Positions 9,307 to 19,434 of a stretch of DNA of 64,000 nucleotides are shown piece after piece. The notes beneath the pieces are model-generated. The model saw nothing but the letters and a program-made list of their open reading frames with translations. It made no database searches and was not told where the DNA came from. The first letter of the stretch is position 1, and every line of letters begins with the position of its first letter. Position numbers and translations under genes: made by a program. The DNA lies in NCBI GenBank assembly GCA_031257475.1, contig JAIROP010000026.1:39482-103481 (forward strand). Reading direction: 5' to 3'. The stretch is from Holosporaceae bacterium. Its GTDB lineage: Bacteria > Pseudomonadota > Alphaproteobacteria > UBA3830.

Positions 9307-10544
9307 TGTCGTCGACAGAGTTTCTGCTGGCCTGGAGATATCTGAGGTCCAAAAGAAAAGAAAAAGCAATTTCGGCGATAGCTGGATTTTCGATTGTTGG
9401 CATTATTCTGGGGGTTGCAACACTAATCATTGTGACGTCTGTTATGAATGGTTTTCTCAAAGAATTTACCGAAAGAGTTGTCGGATTTAACGGGCATATG
9501 ACGTTGCATCCAATTGTTTCGTCGGTGAAGTATATGGATACGGTCGACAAAATTCTGTCCATCAAAGAAGTGGTGCAGGCAATTCCGATTATCGAGAGAC
9601 AGGCCTTGGCATCAGGTCGCAAAACCGTCGGAGGAACTCTAATTTGCGGAATTTCTCCGGCTGATCTGATGAAAAAAGATCTGATTGCTAGAAATATAGT
9701 CGCTGGTAGTTTGGAAAATTTCAATCAAGAAAATGTGGTGGTACTTGGAGAATCTTTGGCCCAAAAATTAGGTCTTAGTATCAACGATAGGATAACAATG
9801 GTCTCTCCGGAAATGGACGAAACGGGGCTAGGATTCCTACCGCGCAAAAAAACCTTCAGATTAGTGGCACTTTTTAACTCCGGCATGTACGAATATGATA
9901 ACACAGTATCATACATACACCTGGACATGGCTCAGAAGTTGTTCAAGTTGCCAAATTCTGTGACCGGAATCTCAGTTTTTACTGGTAATCCAATCAAATT
10001 ATGCGATGTAAAGAGAGAAATAATAGCAAAATTTTCAGGTTTCTACAAAATCAGCGACTGGCAATCCAACAATAGTTCATTTATGAAAGCTGTGGAGGTC
10101 GAGCGCAATGTCATGTTCCTAATTCTCACGCTAATCACACTTGTGGCCAGTTTCAATATTATATCCTGCATGATCATGTTGGTAAAAGATAAGGAAAAGG
10201 ATATCGCCATACTAAGAACTATTGGTTTAACGAGATCTGCCATCACCCGCATATTTTTCATGGTGGGGACGTCCCTGGGAGTCTTTGGTACCCTGGTCGG
10301 AGCTCTGGTGGGAATAGCTTTTTCGCTTAACATTCAAAAAATACAGGATATTCTAGATAGATTGCTAGATACGCAGCTATTTTCGCCGGAGGTTTATTTC
10401 CTCACGCACTTGCCTTCGCTGCTGGATCCACTGGATGTGGCTCTGACGCTCTTTATTTCCCTATCTCTGTCCTGCCTAGCCACCATTTATCCGGCTCGCA
10501 AAGCTAGTAGATTGAATCCAACGGAAATATTGAGATATGCCTGA
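9306..10544 (+). CDS. lolC: Lipoprotein-releasing ABC transporter permease, LolC/LolE family
   Basis: MacB/FtsX-type permease topology and N-terminus FLLAWRYLRSKRKE. Its ATG overlaps the proS stop, and lolD follows. Confidence 0.88.
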   Translation: MSSTEFLLAWRYLRSKRKEKAISAIAGFSIVGIILGVATLIIVTSVMNGFLKEFTERVVGFNGHMTLHPIVSSVKYMDTVDKILSIKEVVQAIPIIERQALASGRKTVGGTLICGISPADLMKKDLIARNIVAGSLENFNQENVVVLGESLAQKLGLSINDRITMVSPEMDETGLGFLPRKKTFRLVALFNSGMYEYDNTVSYIHLDMAQKLFKLPNSVTGISVFTGNPIKLCDVKREIIAKFSGFYKISDWQSNNSSFMKAVEVERNVMFLILTLITLVASFNIISCMIMLVKDKEKDIAILRTIGLTRSAITRIFFMVGTSLGVFGTLVGALVGIAFSLNIQKIQDILDRLLDTQLFSPEVYFLTHLPSLLDPLDVALTLFISLSLSCLATIYPARKASRLNPTEILRYA

Positions 10545-11220
10545 TTCATCTCCAGACATAATATTTTTGGATAACATCAGTAAACAATACAATCGGGAAA
10601 GCATTTCCGTGCTAAGGAATGTTTCCCTATCTGTGAAAGCGGCGGAGTTTATCGCATTGATGGGACCGTCCGGCTCGGGCAAGTCGACACTGCTACACAT
10701 CGCCGGATTGCTGGATACTCAGACAGGCGGATCCATATATATAGGAGGAAAAAACGTCTCTACCATGTCAGATGATAATAAGGCTACGCTGAGGCTTTCC
10801 AAAATTGGATTTGTCTATCAGTACCATCATCTGCTACAGGAATTTTCGTCGATGGAAAATGTAATGCTACCACTGCTAATTGCCGGAACATCTGAAGAGA
10901 CCGCGAGGAAGAAGGCATTTGGTTTACTTGAAGAATTAAACCTTGGACACAGATTGCATTCATTCCCATCAGAATTGTCTGGTGGACAGAAACAGCGTGT
11001 CGCAATTGCACGTGCTCTGGCCAATGATCCGGAGTTGCTCCTGGCCGACGAACCGACTGGAAATCTTGATCCAGAAATGGCATCTCTGGTATTCGATGAC
11101 CTGATGCGCGTGATGCAGAGAAACAACATGTCAGCCTTGATAGCCACTCACAATCACGAATTAGCCAGACGAATGCATCGAAGATTATTGATCGCTGATA
11201 GCGGATTGCTCGAAAAATGA
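10537..11220 (+). CDS. lolD: Lipoprotein-releasing ABC transporter ATP-binding protein
   Basis: Walker [10 protein letters not shown], signature [15 protein letters not shown], Walker B LLLADEP. It overlaps the upstream permease gene. Confidence 0.9.
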   Translation: MPDSSPDIIFLDNISKQYNRESISVLRNVSLSVKAAEFIALMGPSGSGKSTLLHIAGLLDTQTGGSIYIGGKNVSTMSDDNKATLRLSKIGFVYQYHHLLQEFSSMENVMLPLLIAGTSEETARKKAFGLLEELNLGHRLHSFPSELSGGQKQRVAIARALANDPELLLADEPTGNLDPEMASLVFDDLMRVMQRNNMSALIATHNHELARRMHRRLLIADSGLLEK

Positions 11221-14200
11221 ATAATAAATTCGTTCATCTCAGATTACATTCTGCATACTCTCTCGCAGAGGGGGCCATCAAGATCGGGAAATTGGTTGAG
11301 CTATGTGGAAATAATAGGATGCCAGCGGTAGCAGTCACCGACACCAATAATCTCTTCGGGGCTTTAGAATTTTCCACAAAATGCGCCGAACACGGTATTC
11401 AACCGATAATCGCCTGTCAGCTAAATGTGCAGCACACCAAGAAGATTGATCAACCTACCAGCGTATTATTGTATGTTAAAAATGAAAACGGATATCAGAA
11501 TCTAATTCAGCTGGTTTCCAATGCGCATCTATCATCCTCTTCTTCCATACATCCAGAAGTTTCTATGGAACTGCTTGCCCAGCATTCCAAAGACATAATA
11601 CTGGCCACTGGCGGTGTGCATGGATCGCTTGGAGCCCTCCTGCTGGAAGGTAATATGATAGGTGCAAGGGAATATCTTGAATTTCTGAACAAACATTTTG
11701 ATGGTAGAGTGTACGTGGAACTATCTCGTCATCATAATGCTCAGGAAAATCGCATAGAGAACGACACCATATCTTTGGCCTATGATCTGAATCTTCCCCT
11801 GGTGGCTACTAATAACATTTGTTACTCCTATCCAGCAGATTTTGAGGCACACGACGTTCTGATATGCATTAATCAAGGGCGCACCATATATGATACTGAA
11901 AGAGAAACGTCTTCTCCTGAGTTTTATTTTAAGACTTCGGAGGAGATGATTTCCCTATTCGAAGATATCCCAGAGGCGGTACAAAATACCACATATATCG
12001 CCCGTCGTTGCTGTTTTATGCTGGAAGTACAAAAGCCGTTACTTCCGGTGTTCAAACTCAGCAATGATAAAACACAGGATGAAGAACTGCGGGACCTGGC
12101 CAGAGAAGGATTGACGGCAAGGTTGAAAGAATTCAAAAATCAGGAAAATTATAGGGAAATTAAAACTGAATATTTTGAAAGATTGGAATACGAACTCGAT
12201 ATGATCAAAAAAATGGGATTTAGTGGATATTTTTTGATAGTTGCCGACTACGTGGGCTGGGCAAAGTCTCAAAATATCCCAGTTGGTCCAGGCAGAGGGT
12301 CTGGAGCCGGTTCCATAGTTGCCTGGTCCGTGCAAATTACGGATGTTGATCCAATAAGATTTAAATTATTTTTCGAAAGATTCCTGAATCCGGATAGAGT
12401 TTCCATGCCAGACTTCGACATAGATTTTTGCCAGGAAAGACGTGACGAAGTCATTACCTATGTACAGCAAAAGTACGGGAACAAATCAGTAGCCCAGATC
12501 ATAACATTCGGTAAACTACAGGCTAGAGCAGTCATACGGGACGTTGGACGAATACTGGCAATGTCCTACGGTTTTGTGGATAAGATTTCCAAGATGATTC
12601 CCTTTAATCCGGCGAATCCCATCACTTTACAAGGGGCCATCGATGCGGAGCAGGCACTGCGTGATCTGATAGACTCGGATCCGCAGGTGAAAAAGCTTGT
12701 GGGAATTGCACTCAAATTGGAAGGACTCTATCGTCATCCTGGAGTACATGCGGCTGGCGTTGTGATCTCCGATAGAAATTTACAGAATATGGTGCCGTTG
12801 TACAAAGACAGCAGATCCACAATGCCAGTGACTCAATTTTCCATGAAATATATTGAGGAAATGGGTCTGATAAAATTTGATTTTCTAGGACTGAAGACAC
12901 TGACAGTCATACAAAAAGCGCTGGATCTCGCCAAAAGACAAGGATCTAATCTAACAGCGCAGACAATTCCGTTGGACAATAAAAAAACCTTCGATCTGCT
13001 GAAAAAAGGAGACTGCGTTGGAGTGTTCCAGATAGAAAGCAGTGGGATGAGAGACGTATTAAAAAAACTTCAGCCCAATAGGGTAGAAGATCTGATTGCT
13101 CTCGTTGCTCTCTATCGTCCTGGGCCCATGGATGACATCCCCAAATATATTGCATGTAAACATGGTGTGGAACCAATTACCTATCTACACGAAAAGCTTA
13201 AACCCATACTAGCGGAAACCTATGGCGTGATGGTCTATCAAGAACAGGTTATGCAGATAGCACAGGTTCTGGGCGGATATACCATGGGACAAGCGGATAT
13301 TTTACGACGTGCCATGGGGAAGAAAAATAAGGAGGAAATGCTCTCACAGAAGAGGCGTTTCATAGACGGAGCCACGGAACGGGGCGTCTCTCTGGACATT
13401 GCTGAGCGTCTGTTCGAGCAAATGAGTAAGTTTGCTGGCTATGGATTTAACAAATCACATTCAACGCCCTACGGATTACTCACCTATCAGACGGCTTTTC
13501 TCAAAGCTAACCACAGGATGGAATTTTTTGCCGCTATCATGACTCTTGATATGAGCAATATAGATAAGTTGGCAGTTTATTATGAAGATACTCAAAAGCA
13601 CAGCATCCGAATTGCCCTTCCGGATATCAACATATCGGAGAGCGATTTTCTGATAGACTATGAGAGTGAATCACTCATCTACAGTCTTGCAGCCATTCGC
13701 GGAAGCGGTGATTATGTTGTTCGGGAAATAGTAAAAGAACGTCGGAAAAATGGTTCGTATAAATCCGTATTCGATTTCATTGAGCGTATAGAGCCTACGC
13801 GGCTTCTAAACAGAAGATTTGTGGAGAATTTTATAAAATCCGGCGCATTTGACAGTTTACACCCAAACAGGAGGCAACTGTGGGAATCTCTGGACTCCAT
13901 TATGTCAGTCAAGCCTTCTCTGGAGCAGGGTGTTTTGTTTGAAAAAACATATCCTCGTATGGCCGTTGTCGATGAATGGAATGAGACTGAAAAGCTGCAG
14001 AATGAGTTTTCAGCCATAGGGTTCTACATTTCATCACATCCGGTTCAGCAATACAAGGATGTGTTGAAAAGATGTCATTTTCCTTCTTTGGCCGAAGCCA
14101 AGGAGCAACCAAAATCCAAGGTTGTGGTGATCATTAACGGATTTTCCTTTAAAACCGCCAAAACTCAGAACAAATTCTGTGTATTACAAATTTCAGATGC

Positions 14201-14630
14201 CTCTGGAGCGTCAGATGCGATCGTATTCTCCGAAACTCTGGCCACCAGTCGAGATATTATTCAGACTGGAAATATAGTGGTGCTAGATATCACTTGTCAC
14301 AGAAGTGATGAACAGATTCGTATAACCGTGGATAGAATGCAAAAATTTGATCCAAAGCAAATTGTTTCTACACCGAAGGATATGCTGCAGCCACAGAAAG
14401 TCAAGTCAGTCGCCCAATCTTTTAAAACCTTGCAAATAAAAATAGGGAACAAAGATGAGCTGATGGTCATTAAGAATTTAATTGATAATTTTGAAAAAAA
14501 TGGAAATTGCCACATAGAATTGTTACTACCAGAAAAAGTTTTGCTACCCAATACATATTTTCTTACATCCTATGATATACTCAGGCTGCGCCATGCCATC
14601 GGTATCAAGAATGTAATCGAGAAGCTTTAG
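11217..14630 (+). CDS. dnaE: DNA polymerase III alpha subunit
   Basis: PHP domain start FVHLRLHSAYSLAEGA, polymerase core GPGRGSGAGSIVAW and PDFDIDF; 1137 aa. Confidence 0.97.
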   Translation: MNNKFVHLRLHSAYSLAEGAIKIGKLVELCGNNRMPAVAVTDTNNLFGALEFSTKCAEHGIQPIIACQLNVQHTKKIDQPTSVLLYVKNENGYQNLIQLVSNAHLSSSSSIHPEVSMELLAQHSKDIILATGGVHGSLGALLLEGNMIGAREYLEFLNKHFDGRVYVELSRHHNAQENRIENDTISLAYDLNLPLVATNNICYSYPADFEAHDVLICINQGRTIYDTERETSSPEFYFKTSEEMISLFEDIPEAVQNTTYIARRCCFMLEVQKPLLPVFKLSNDKTQDEELRDLAREGLTARLKEFKNQENYREIKTEYFERLEYELDMIKKMGFSGYFLIVADYVGWAKSQNIPVGPGRGSGAGSIVAWSVQITDVDPIRFKLFFERFLNPDRVSMPDFDIDFCQERRDEVITYVQQKYGNKSVAQIITFGKLQARAVIRDVGRILAMSYGFVDKISKMIPFNPANPITLQGAIDAEQALRDLIDSDPQVKKLVGIALKLEGLYRHPGVHAAGVVISDRNLQNMVPLYKDSRSTMPVTQFSMKYIEEMGLIKFDFLGLKTLTVIQKALDLAKRQGSNLTAQTIPLDNKKTFDLLKKGDCVGVFQIESSGMRDVLKKLQPNRVEDLIALVALYRPGPMDDIPKYIACKHGVEPITYLHEKLKPILAETYGVMVYQEQVMQIAQVLGGYTMGQADILRRAMGKKNKEEMLSQKRRFIDGATERGVSLDIAERLFEQMSKFAGYGFNKSHSTPYGLLTYQTAFLKANHRMEFFAAIMTLDMSNIDKLAVYYEDTQKHSIRIALPDINISESDFLIDYESESLIYSLAAIRGSGDYVVREIVKERRKNGSYKSVFDFIERIEPTRLLNRRFVENFIKSGAFDSLHPNRRQLWESLDSIMSVKPSLEQGVLFEKTYPRMAVVDEWNETEKLQNEFSAIGFYISSHPVQQYKDVLKRCHFPSLAEAKEQPKSKVVVIINGFSFKTAKTQNKFCVLQISDASGASDAIVFSETLATSRDIIQTGNIVVLDITCHRSDEQIRITVDRMQKFDPKQIVSTPKDMLQPQKVKSVAQSFKTLQIKIGNKDELMVIKNLIDNFEKNGNCHIELLLPEKVLLPNTYFLTSYDILRLRHAIGIKNVIEKL

Positions 14631-14631
14631 G

Positions 14632-15213
14632 ATGATAGAAAAACTTTATGATTGGATGCTTAGACAGGCCGAAAGCAAAAATGCTCTGTGGGTACTGGCG
14701 CTAGTATCGTTTGTGGAAAGCTCGTTTTTCCCGATTCCTCCAGATCTTGTTTTGGCCATTGTGGTGGCAAAAAATAGAGACAAAGCCTGGTTTTATGCTA
14801 TCATCTGCGCCTGTGCTTCTGTGCTAGGAGGATTTCTTGGCTATTACATAGGGTTCGCCTTTTTTGAAATAATAGGATCTAGAATACTTACTTTCTATGG
14901 GCAACTTGATAAGTTCAGCGATATCGTGGCCACTCTAAACAAATGGGCATTTTGGATCATCTGTATCAAGGGGATAACACCTATCCCGTACAAAATAGTC
15001 ACAATTGCCAGTGGATTTGCAAAAATTGATCTATGGACATTTACCATTGCTTCGATCATCGTCAGGAGTGCACGGTTTTTGTTACTATCCCTAGTATGCA
15101 GGAAATTCGGCAAGCAATTTCTATTATTTATGGAAAAACATAAAAAAGTTACTCTGCTTATAGTTATAGCTAGTGTTGTCATTGGATTTCTTTTGGTAAA
15201 ACTGTTTATCTAG
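14632..15213 (+). CDS. YqaA/DedA-superfamily membrane protein
   Basis: VSFVESSFFPIPPD motif and about 5 hydrophobic segments. Confidence 0.78.
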   Translation: MIEKLYDWMLRQAESKNALWVLALVSFVESSFFPIPPDLVLAIVVAKNRDKAWFYAIICACASVLGGFLGYYIGFAFFEIIGSRILTFYGQLDKFSDIVATLNKWAFWIICIKGITPIPYKIVTIASGFAKIDLWTFTIASIIVRSARFLLLSLVCRKFGKQFLLFMEKHKKVTLLIVIASVVIGFLLVKLFI

Positions 15214-16456
15214 GTTGTTTGCTTCTTCTGTCAAGACGGGTCCGGATAATCCTTCTTGCCATTATCAGCACTAAAACCGTGGCAACGGTTATAAACACAC
15301 AGGCCATAATGGTCGTGATGCTACTGCGGAACCTGGCGCCGGCTGCAATGCAAATCGACATAATAACGTTCCGGAATATAACCACGGTGGATGCTCCCAC
15401 GCTGGTGAATCTGTGCTCCGTGTACTGCAGCGCCTTAAGTACTGATATAGGCACCAGGAATGCGCTCCCCGTGCATTGCAGACACATTAACGTTAGCAAG
15501 GTCTGGGGCGTCCAGGGCAGATTGTGCATAAACAGGTGCGCCAAATATAGTCCGAAGACTCCATATATGCATGTACCAATTTTTCGGGAGACTTTTATCC
15601 CGGATCTATATACAATTTTCCGATAGATGAAGGTGGCTATCACATAGAAAAACAGCGGTATTGCTGAAAACACCGCTATAGCAGAGTTATTGCCAAAGAA
15701 CGTAGAACATATAAAAGGCGTACCGGCTGCAAATATCATATATCCACCGGCGAATAATCCAGGAATTAGTGCATATATCACAAATGAAGGATGTTTTAGC
15801 ACATAAGCATAGTCTTGGAAGAGTTGGGAAAATCTTCGTGGCAACTGTTTGCTTCCATCGGTCGGATACACCCAAAAAAATGCTATCCCAACTAGCTGGG
15901 CAGCCATTAGAAGCAGAAAGGATCCTCTCCAGTGGCTCAGTTCCGCTAAAACAGATCCAACAAATGGCGAGAGAATCCAGGCGATCGGTTGGTACAATTC
16001 CAGAATGCCCATCACACGGCTTCTCTCTTTTTCGTTGAAGATCTCGTCTATGATATTCTGCGAGATAATGTAGACAACACTGGAGCCGATTGCCTGGGTA
16101 AACCTCATAACCATGAACAGTGCGGTAGATCCAGAGATCATGCATCCGAAGTGCCCAGCCATGGATATTAGGAGAGCCGGCAGTATGGTTGCGCGATTTC
16201 CGTAGGTTTCTATGACAGGTCCGCAGAGCATACGCCCAATGAATTCTCCAATTAAATGTGCCACAATGGTCATTTGAATGACGGCATTGCTAGCATGTAG
16301 GTCAGCTGCCATCTGTTTGAGGCAGGGTATATAGATACTAACGGCAGCCGACGTAATAACATTTAGAAATAGCAGAAAAAAAGTTATTTTCCTATTAGAC
16401 ATATATCCATTTCTTCCAATGATGAGATTTCCCACTGTTTTCTTAAAACTACTCAT
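15206..16456 (-). CDS. MFS transporter, Bcr/CflA-like drug resistance family
   Basis: Twelve-TM pattern with an MFS loop motif. The start may be the internal Met at 16402. Confidence 0.78.
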   Translation of the reverse strand: MSSFKKTVGNLIIGRNGYMSNRKITFFLLFLNVITSAAVSIYIPCLKQMAADLHASNAVIQMTIVAHLIGEFIGRMLCGPVIETYGNRATILPALLISMAGHFGCMISGSTALFMVMRFTQAIGSSVVYIISQNIIDEIFNEKERSRVMGILELYQPIAWILSPFVGSVLAELSHWRGSFLLLMAAQLVGIAFFWVYPTDGSKQLPRRFSQLFQDYAYVLKHPSFVIYALIPGLFAGGYMIFAAGTPFICSTFFGNNSAIAVFSAIPLFFYVIATFIYRKIVYRSGIKVSRKIGTCIYGVFGLYLAHLFMHNLPWTPQTLLTLMCLQCTGSAFLVPISVLKALQYTEHRFTSVGASTVVIFRNVIMSICIAAGARFRSSITTIMACVFITVATVLVLIMARRIIRTRLDRRSKQPR

Positions 16457-16464
16457 AGAAACCT

Positions 16465-17554
16465 TCAGTGTAATACGCTGATGGACGATCGGAGAAATTC
16501 GTCGATATCTCCGTCAAGCACAGCCGAGACATTGCCTTTTTCAAATCCACTGCGCAGATCTTTGACCATCTGATATGGCTGCATCACGTAGGATCGGATC
16601 TGCCGTCCCCAACCTATCTCATTCTTATCTATGAGGTTGGCCTGCTCTTCTTTTTTTCGCAATTCCAATTCATAGAGACGGGATCTTAGCATTTCAAAGG
16701 CCATAGCCTTGTTTCGATGCTGAGAACGATCTGTTTGACACTGGACTACGACTCCGGTAGGCAGATGAGTGATACGAATTGCGCTCTCGGTTTTGTTGAC
16801 GTGTTGGCCGCCAGCTCCCGACGCTCTGTAGGTATCAATTCTCAGATCCGCATCGTTTATTTCTATATTGATGGAGCTGTCCACCACCGGATACACTCCA
16901 ACAGATGCAAAACTCGTGTGTCTACGGGCATTTGAATCGAAGGGAGATATGCGAACCAGTCTATGCACTCCAGACTCTCCCTTTAGCCATCCGTAGGCTT
17001 TTGCACCATCAACTTTTACGGTGGAGGATTTAATGCCAGCCTCCTCCCCGATGCTTTCCTCAATCAGCTCCAAAGCGTATCTGTGATCTTCTGCCCAGCG
17101 AGAGTACATGCGCAGCAACATTTGCGCCCAGTCCTGCGCTTCTGTTCCACCGGCTCCTGCGTGGATTTCGATATAACAGCTATTTTTATCTGCTTCTCCG
17201 GAGAAAAAACTTTCCAGCTGATACACCTGCACGTTGTCACACAATTTTTTTAGATCGTCTTCGATTTCTGCAACCAAGACCGCATCTCCTTCCTCTTCCG
17301 CTAACTCCAACATGACCTTCAGATCAAGGAAATCCCTCTCTGCCATTGAAAATTTGTTGATCTCTTCTTCCAGTTGAGATTTTTTTTGCAAAACCTCTTT
17401 GGCCTTTTGTTGATCCTGCCAAAGATCCTGGGACTCGCTTTGTCTAGACAGTTCCGCTGCTTGTTGTTTTAGAGAATCCAGGTCAAAGAAACCTCCGCAC
17501 CATATTCAGGGTGTTTCCTATCTCAATCATCTGTTTTCTGGTTTCCTCACGCAT
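16465..17554 (-). CDS. prfB: Peptide chain release factor 2 (two frames joined by a programmed +1 frameshift)
   Basis: Frame-0 leader is MREETRKQMIEIGNTLNMVRRFL followed by TGA. The +1 frame continues DLDSLKQQAAEL... into the 308-aa ORF, which carries the SPF-type region and GGQHVNKTESAIRITH. Confidence 0.9.
17482..17488 (-). other. prfB programmed +1 frameshift site CTT TGA C with upstream SD-like GGAGG
   Basis: The minus strand reads CGG AGG TTT CTT TGA CCT. This matches the canonical RF2 autoregulatory slippery site. Confidence 0.85.
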
Positions 17555-18794
17555 TATTTATCCCTTTTTTTCTTCTAATAAACATAACACCAACTGCTGC
17601 GACAAATGTGATTACTGAGTTTACCAGAAATGTCGTTTCCGCTCCATAGCGTTTCCATAACTCCCCAGTGATGGCGTTGGATATGCACATTCCCAAGCAA
17701 CACACGATGTTAAATATGCCTATGGAGGTCCCCTTTATGTGTGATGGGGAATAGTCGGATACCATTGCATAGAACGTCCCCTGGGTTGCTGCATAATGTA
17801 TCCCGTATATGGCTACGCCTATCATCACATGCCAAACCTCCGAGGCAAAGGCCAGAATAATGCAAGACGCCAGCATCATGCAAAAACCGAAGGCCAAAAA
17901 TAGTTTTCGTTCATGTTTGTCAGACCAATTCCCCACAATTCTTGATGTCGGAGAATTGAAAAAATACATAAGCGCCAGAACTAGTGGGGCGTACTGTACT
18001 TGCAATCCCAGATGCTGTGCCCGATATACCAGAAACGACTCGCTGTAGCGAGAACACATGAATATAAAACATATCAGAATGTAGTACCAAAAATCCTTTC
18101 CTAGTTGCTTCACATCGGCCTTTTTTATGGGAAATCCCTTTCGATCCCTCAATCTCACGATGTTTTTTGGTTCGTTAATTCCAAAATATATCAACAGCGA
18201 TGCCGCTAGGATGGGAATGGTCGCCAGCAGGTACACCATGCGTATGACCCTCTCTGATCCTCCTAGGCATTGCAGCACCAGGAATCCCAACACCGCTCCT
18301 ACCATGGATCCCAAAAATGCACAGCTCTGCCTGACACCATAGCTGGCTCCCTTGAGTTCCCTGGGAGAACAATCTGCAATTAGCGCATCTCTGGGAGTAT
18401 CCCGTAGTCCATTGGTGATCCTTTCCAACACCTGAGCGGATATATAGAGGCTAAGATCATGGCAAAATGCAAACATTGGTTTGGCAAAGACCGCACAAAG
18501 ATATCCAGTCAGCATCAAGATTTTTCTTTTGCCTAACCAATCGCTGAAGACACCGGAGACCATCTTTATGAGATATGACAGAGCCTCTGATAATCCTCTT
18601 ATGTATCCTAGGGTTGCTGGAGAAGCACCCAATATGTTTATAATAAATTCCGCAGAAAACGCCGTAATGATTACAGATGACGAGTTCGAGAAAAAACTTA
18701 CGACACCGACAATCCAGATTACCCTAGGTAGTCCAAAGACAAAATCCCTTTCATCCTCTAGAATCAAGAGCTGCTCGCGACTTCGATTACTCAT
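17547..18794 (-). CDS. MFS transporter (about 415 aa)
   Basis: Multi-TM MFS pattern. Start set at MSNRSREQ because the longer ORF would overlap rpoZ. Its stop overlaps the prfB ATG by 8 nt. Confidence 0.72.
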   Translation of the reverse strand: MSNRSREQLLILEDERDFVFGLPRVIWIVGVVSFFSNSSSVIITAFSAEFIINILGASPATLGYIRGLSEALSYLIKMVSGVFSDWLGKRKILMLTGYLCAVFAKPMFAFCHDLSLYISAQVLERITNGLRDTPRDALIADCSPRELKGASYGVRQSCAFLGSMVGAVLGFLVLQCLGGSERVIRMVYLLATIPILAASLLIYFGINEPKNIVRLRDRKGFPIKKADVKQLGKDFWYYILICFIFMCSRYSESFLVYRAQHLGLQVQYAPLVLALMYFFNSPTSRIVGNWSDKHERKLFLAFGFCMMLASCIILAFASEVWHVMIGVAIYGIHYAATQGTFYAMVSDYSPSHIKGTSIGIFNIVCCLGMCISNAITGELWKRYGAETTFLVNSVITFVAAVGVMFIRRKKGINNA

Positions 18795-18947
18795 TGGAGA
18801 TCCGTCAGTATTTGCGATATTTTTAGCATAGAAATCCCTTTTTGTGTAGGAATTTTTTCCGACTATGTAAGTTTGGAGATGTAGAGGGTCTCTTGTATCT
18901 GGTGGGAGGATGTGGTTTACTTTCTCCGAAGGGTGTGAGGAATATCT

Positions 18948-19343
18948 ATGGCACGCGTGACAGTGGAAGATTGCGAAGAGATTGTTGCCAACAGGTTCGA
19001 TTTGGTTGTTCTGGCGGCTCAGAGAACTCGACAAATTATCGGAGGAGATCCCGCCACTTTGGAAAGCAGAGATGAGAAGAAGCCAGTGATAGCTCTTCGG
19101 GAAATTGCTGCCCAGTCAATTTCCTTAGATAATCTCAGGGAAAGTACAATAAAAGGCTTTCGTACATTTTCTTCGCAGGAGGATTTGGAAGAGGACATTG
19201 AGGATTTGCCAGAGGAGGATACCTATAATCCCTACGAAGGCGTTAGCGTGGCTTTGCCCTCTCCGGAGAGTTTTGAATCATCCGATGCTGTGGAGAACAA
19301 CGAAGAAAAGGTGGAAGATCCTTCTTCGTTTCAGGTTAAATAA
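18948..19343 (+). CDS. rpoZ: DNA-directed RNA polymerase omega subunit
   Basis: MARVTVEDCEEIVANRFDLVVLAAQRTRQI is the canonical RpoZ N-terminus. An acidic C-terminal tail follows. Confidence 0.9.
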   Translation: MARVTVEDCEEIVANRFDLVVLAAQRTRQIIGGDPATLESRDEKKPVIALREIAAQSISLDNLRESTIKGFRTFSSQEDLEEDIEDLPEEDTYNPYEGVSVALPSPESFESSDAVENNEEKVEDPSSFQVK

Positions 19344-19434
19344 CCCAATTCTTCTGCGACTTTTTACTGTACAATTTTTGTCGTTCTTTCTATAATTTTT
19401 TAATTATTTTTTATAATAATTCCAGGATTGTGTT

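Noticed and set aside
18795-19034. 80-aa N-terminal extension of the MFS transporter ORF.
   Set aside because: It would overlap the rpoZ coding region on the opposite strand and is non-hydrophobic. The Met at 18794 gives a normal MFS N-terminus.
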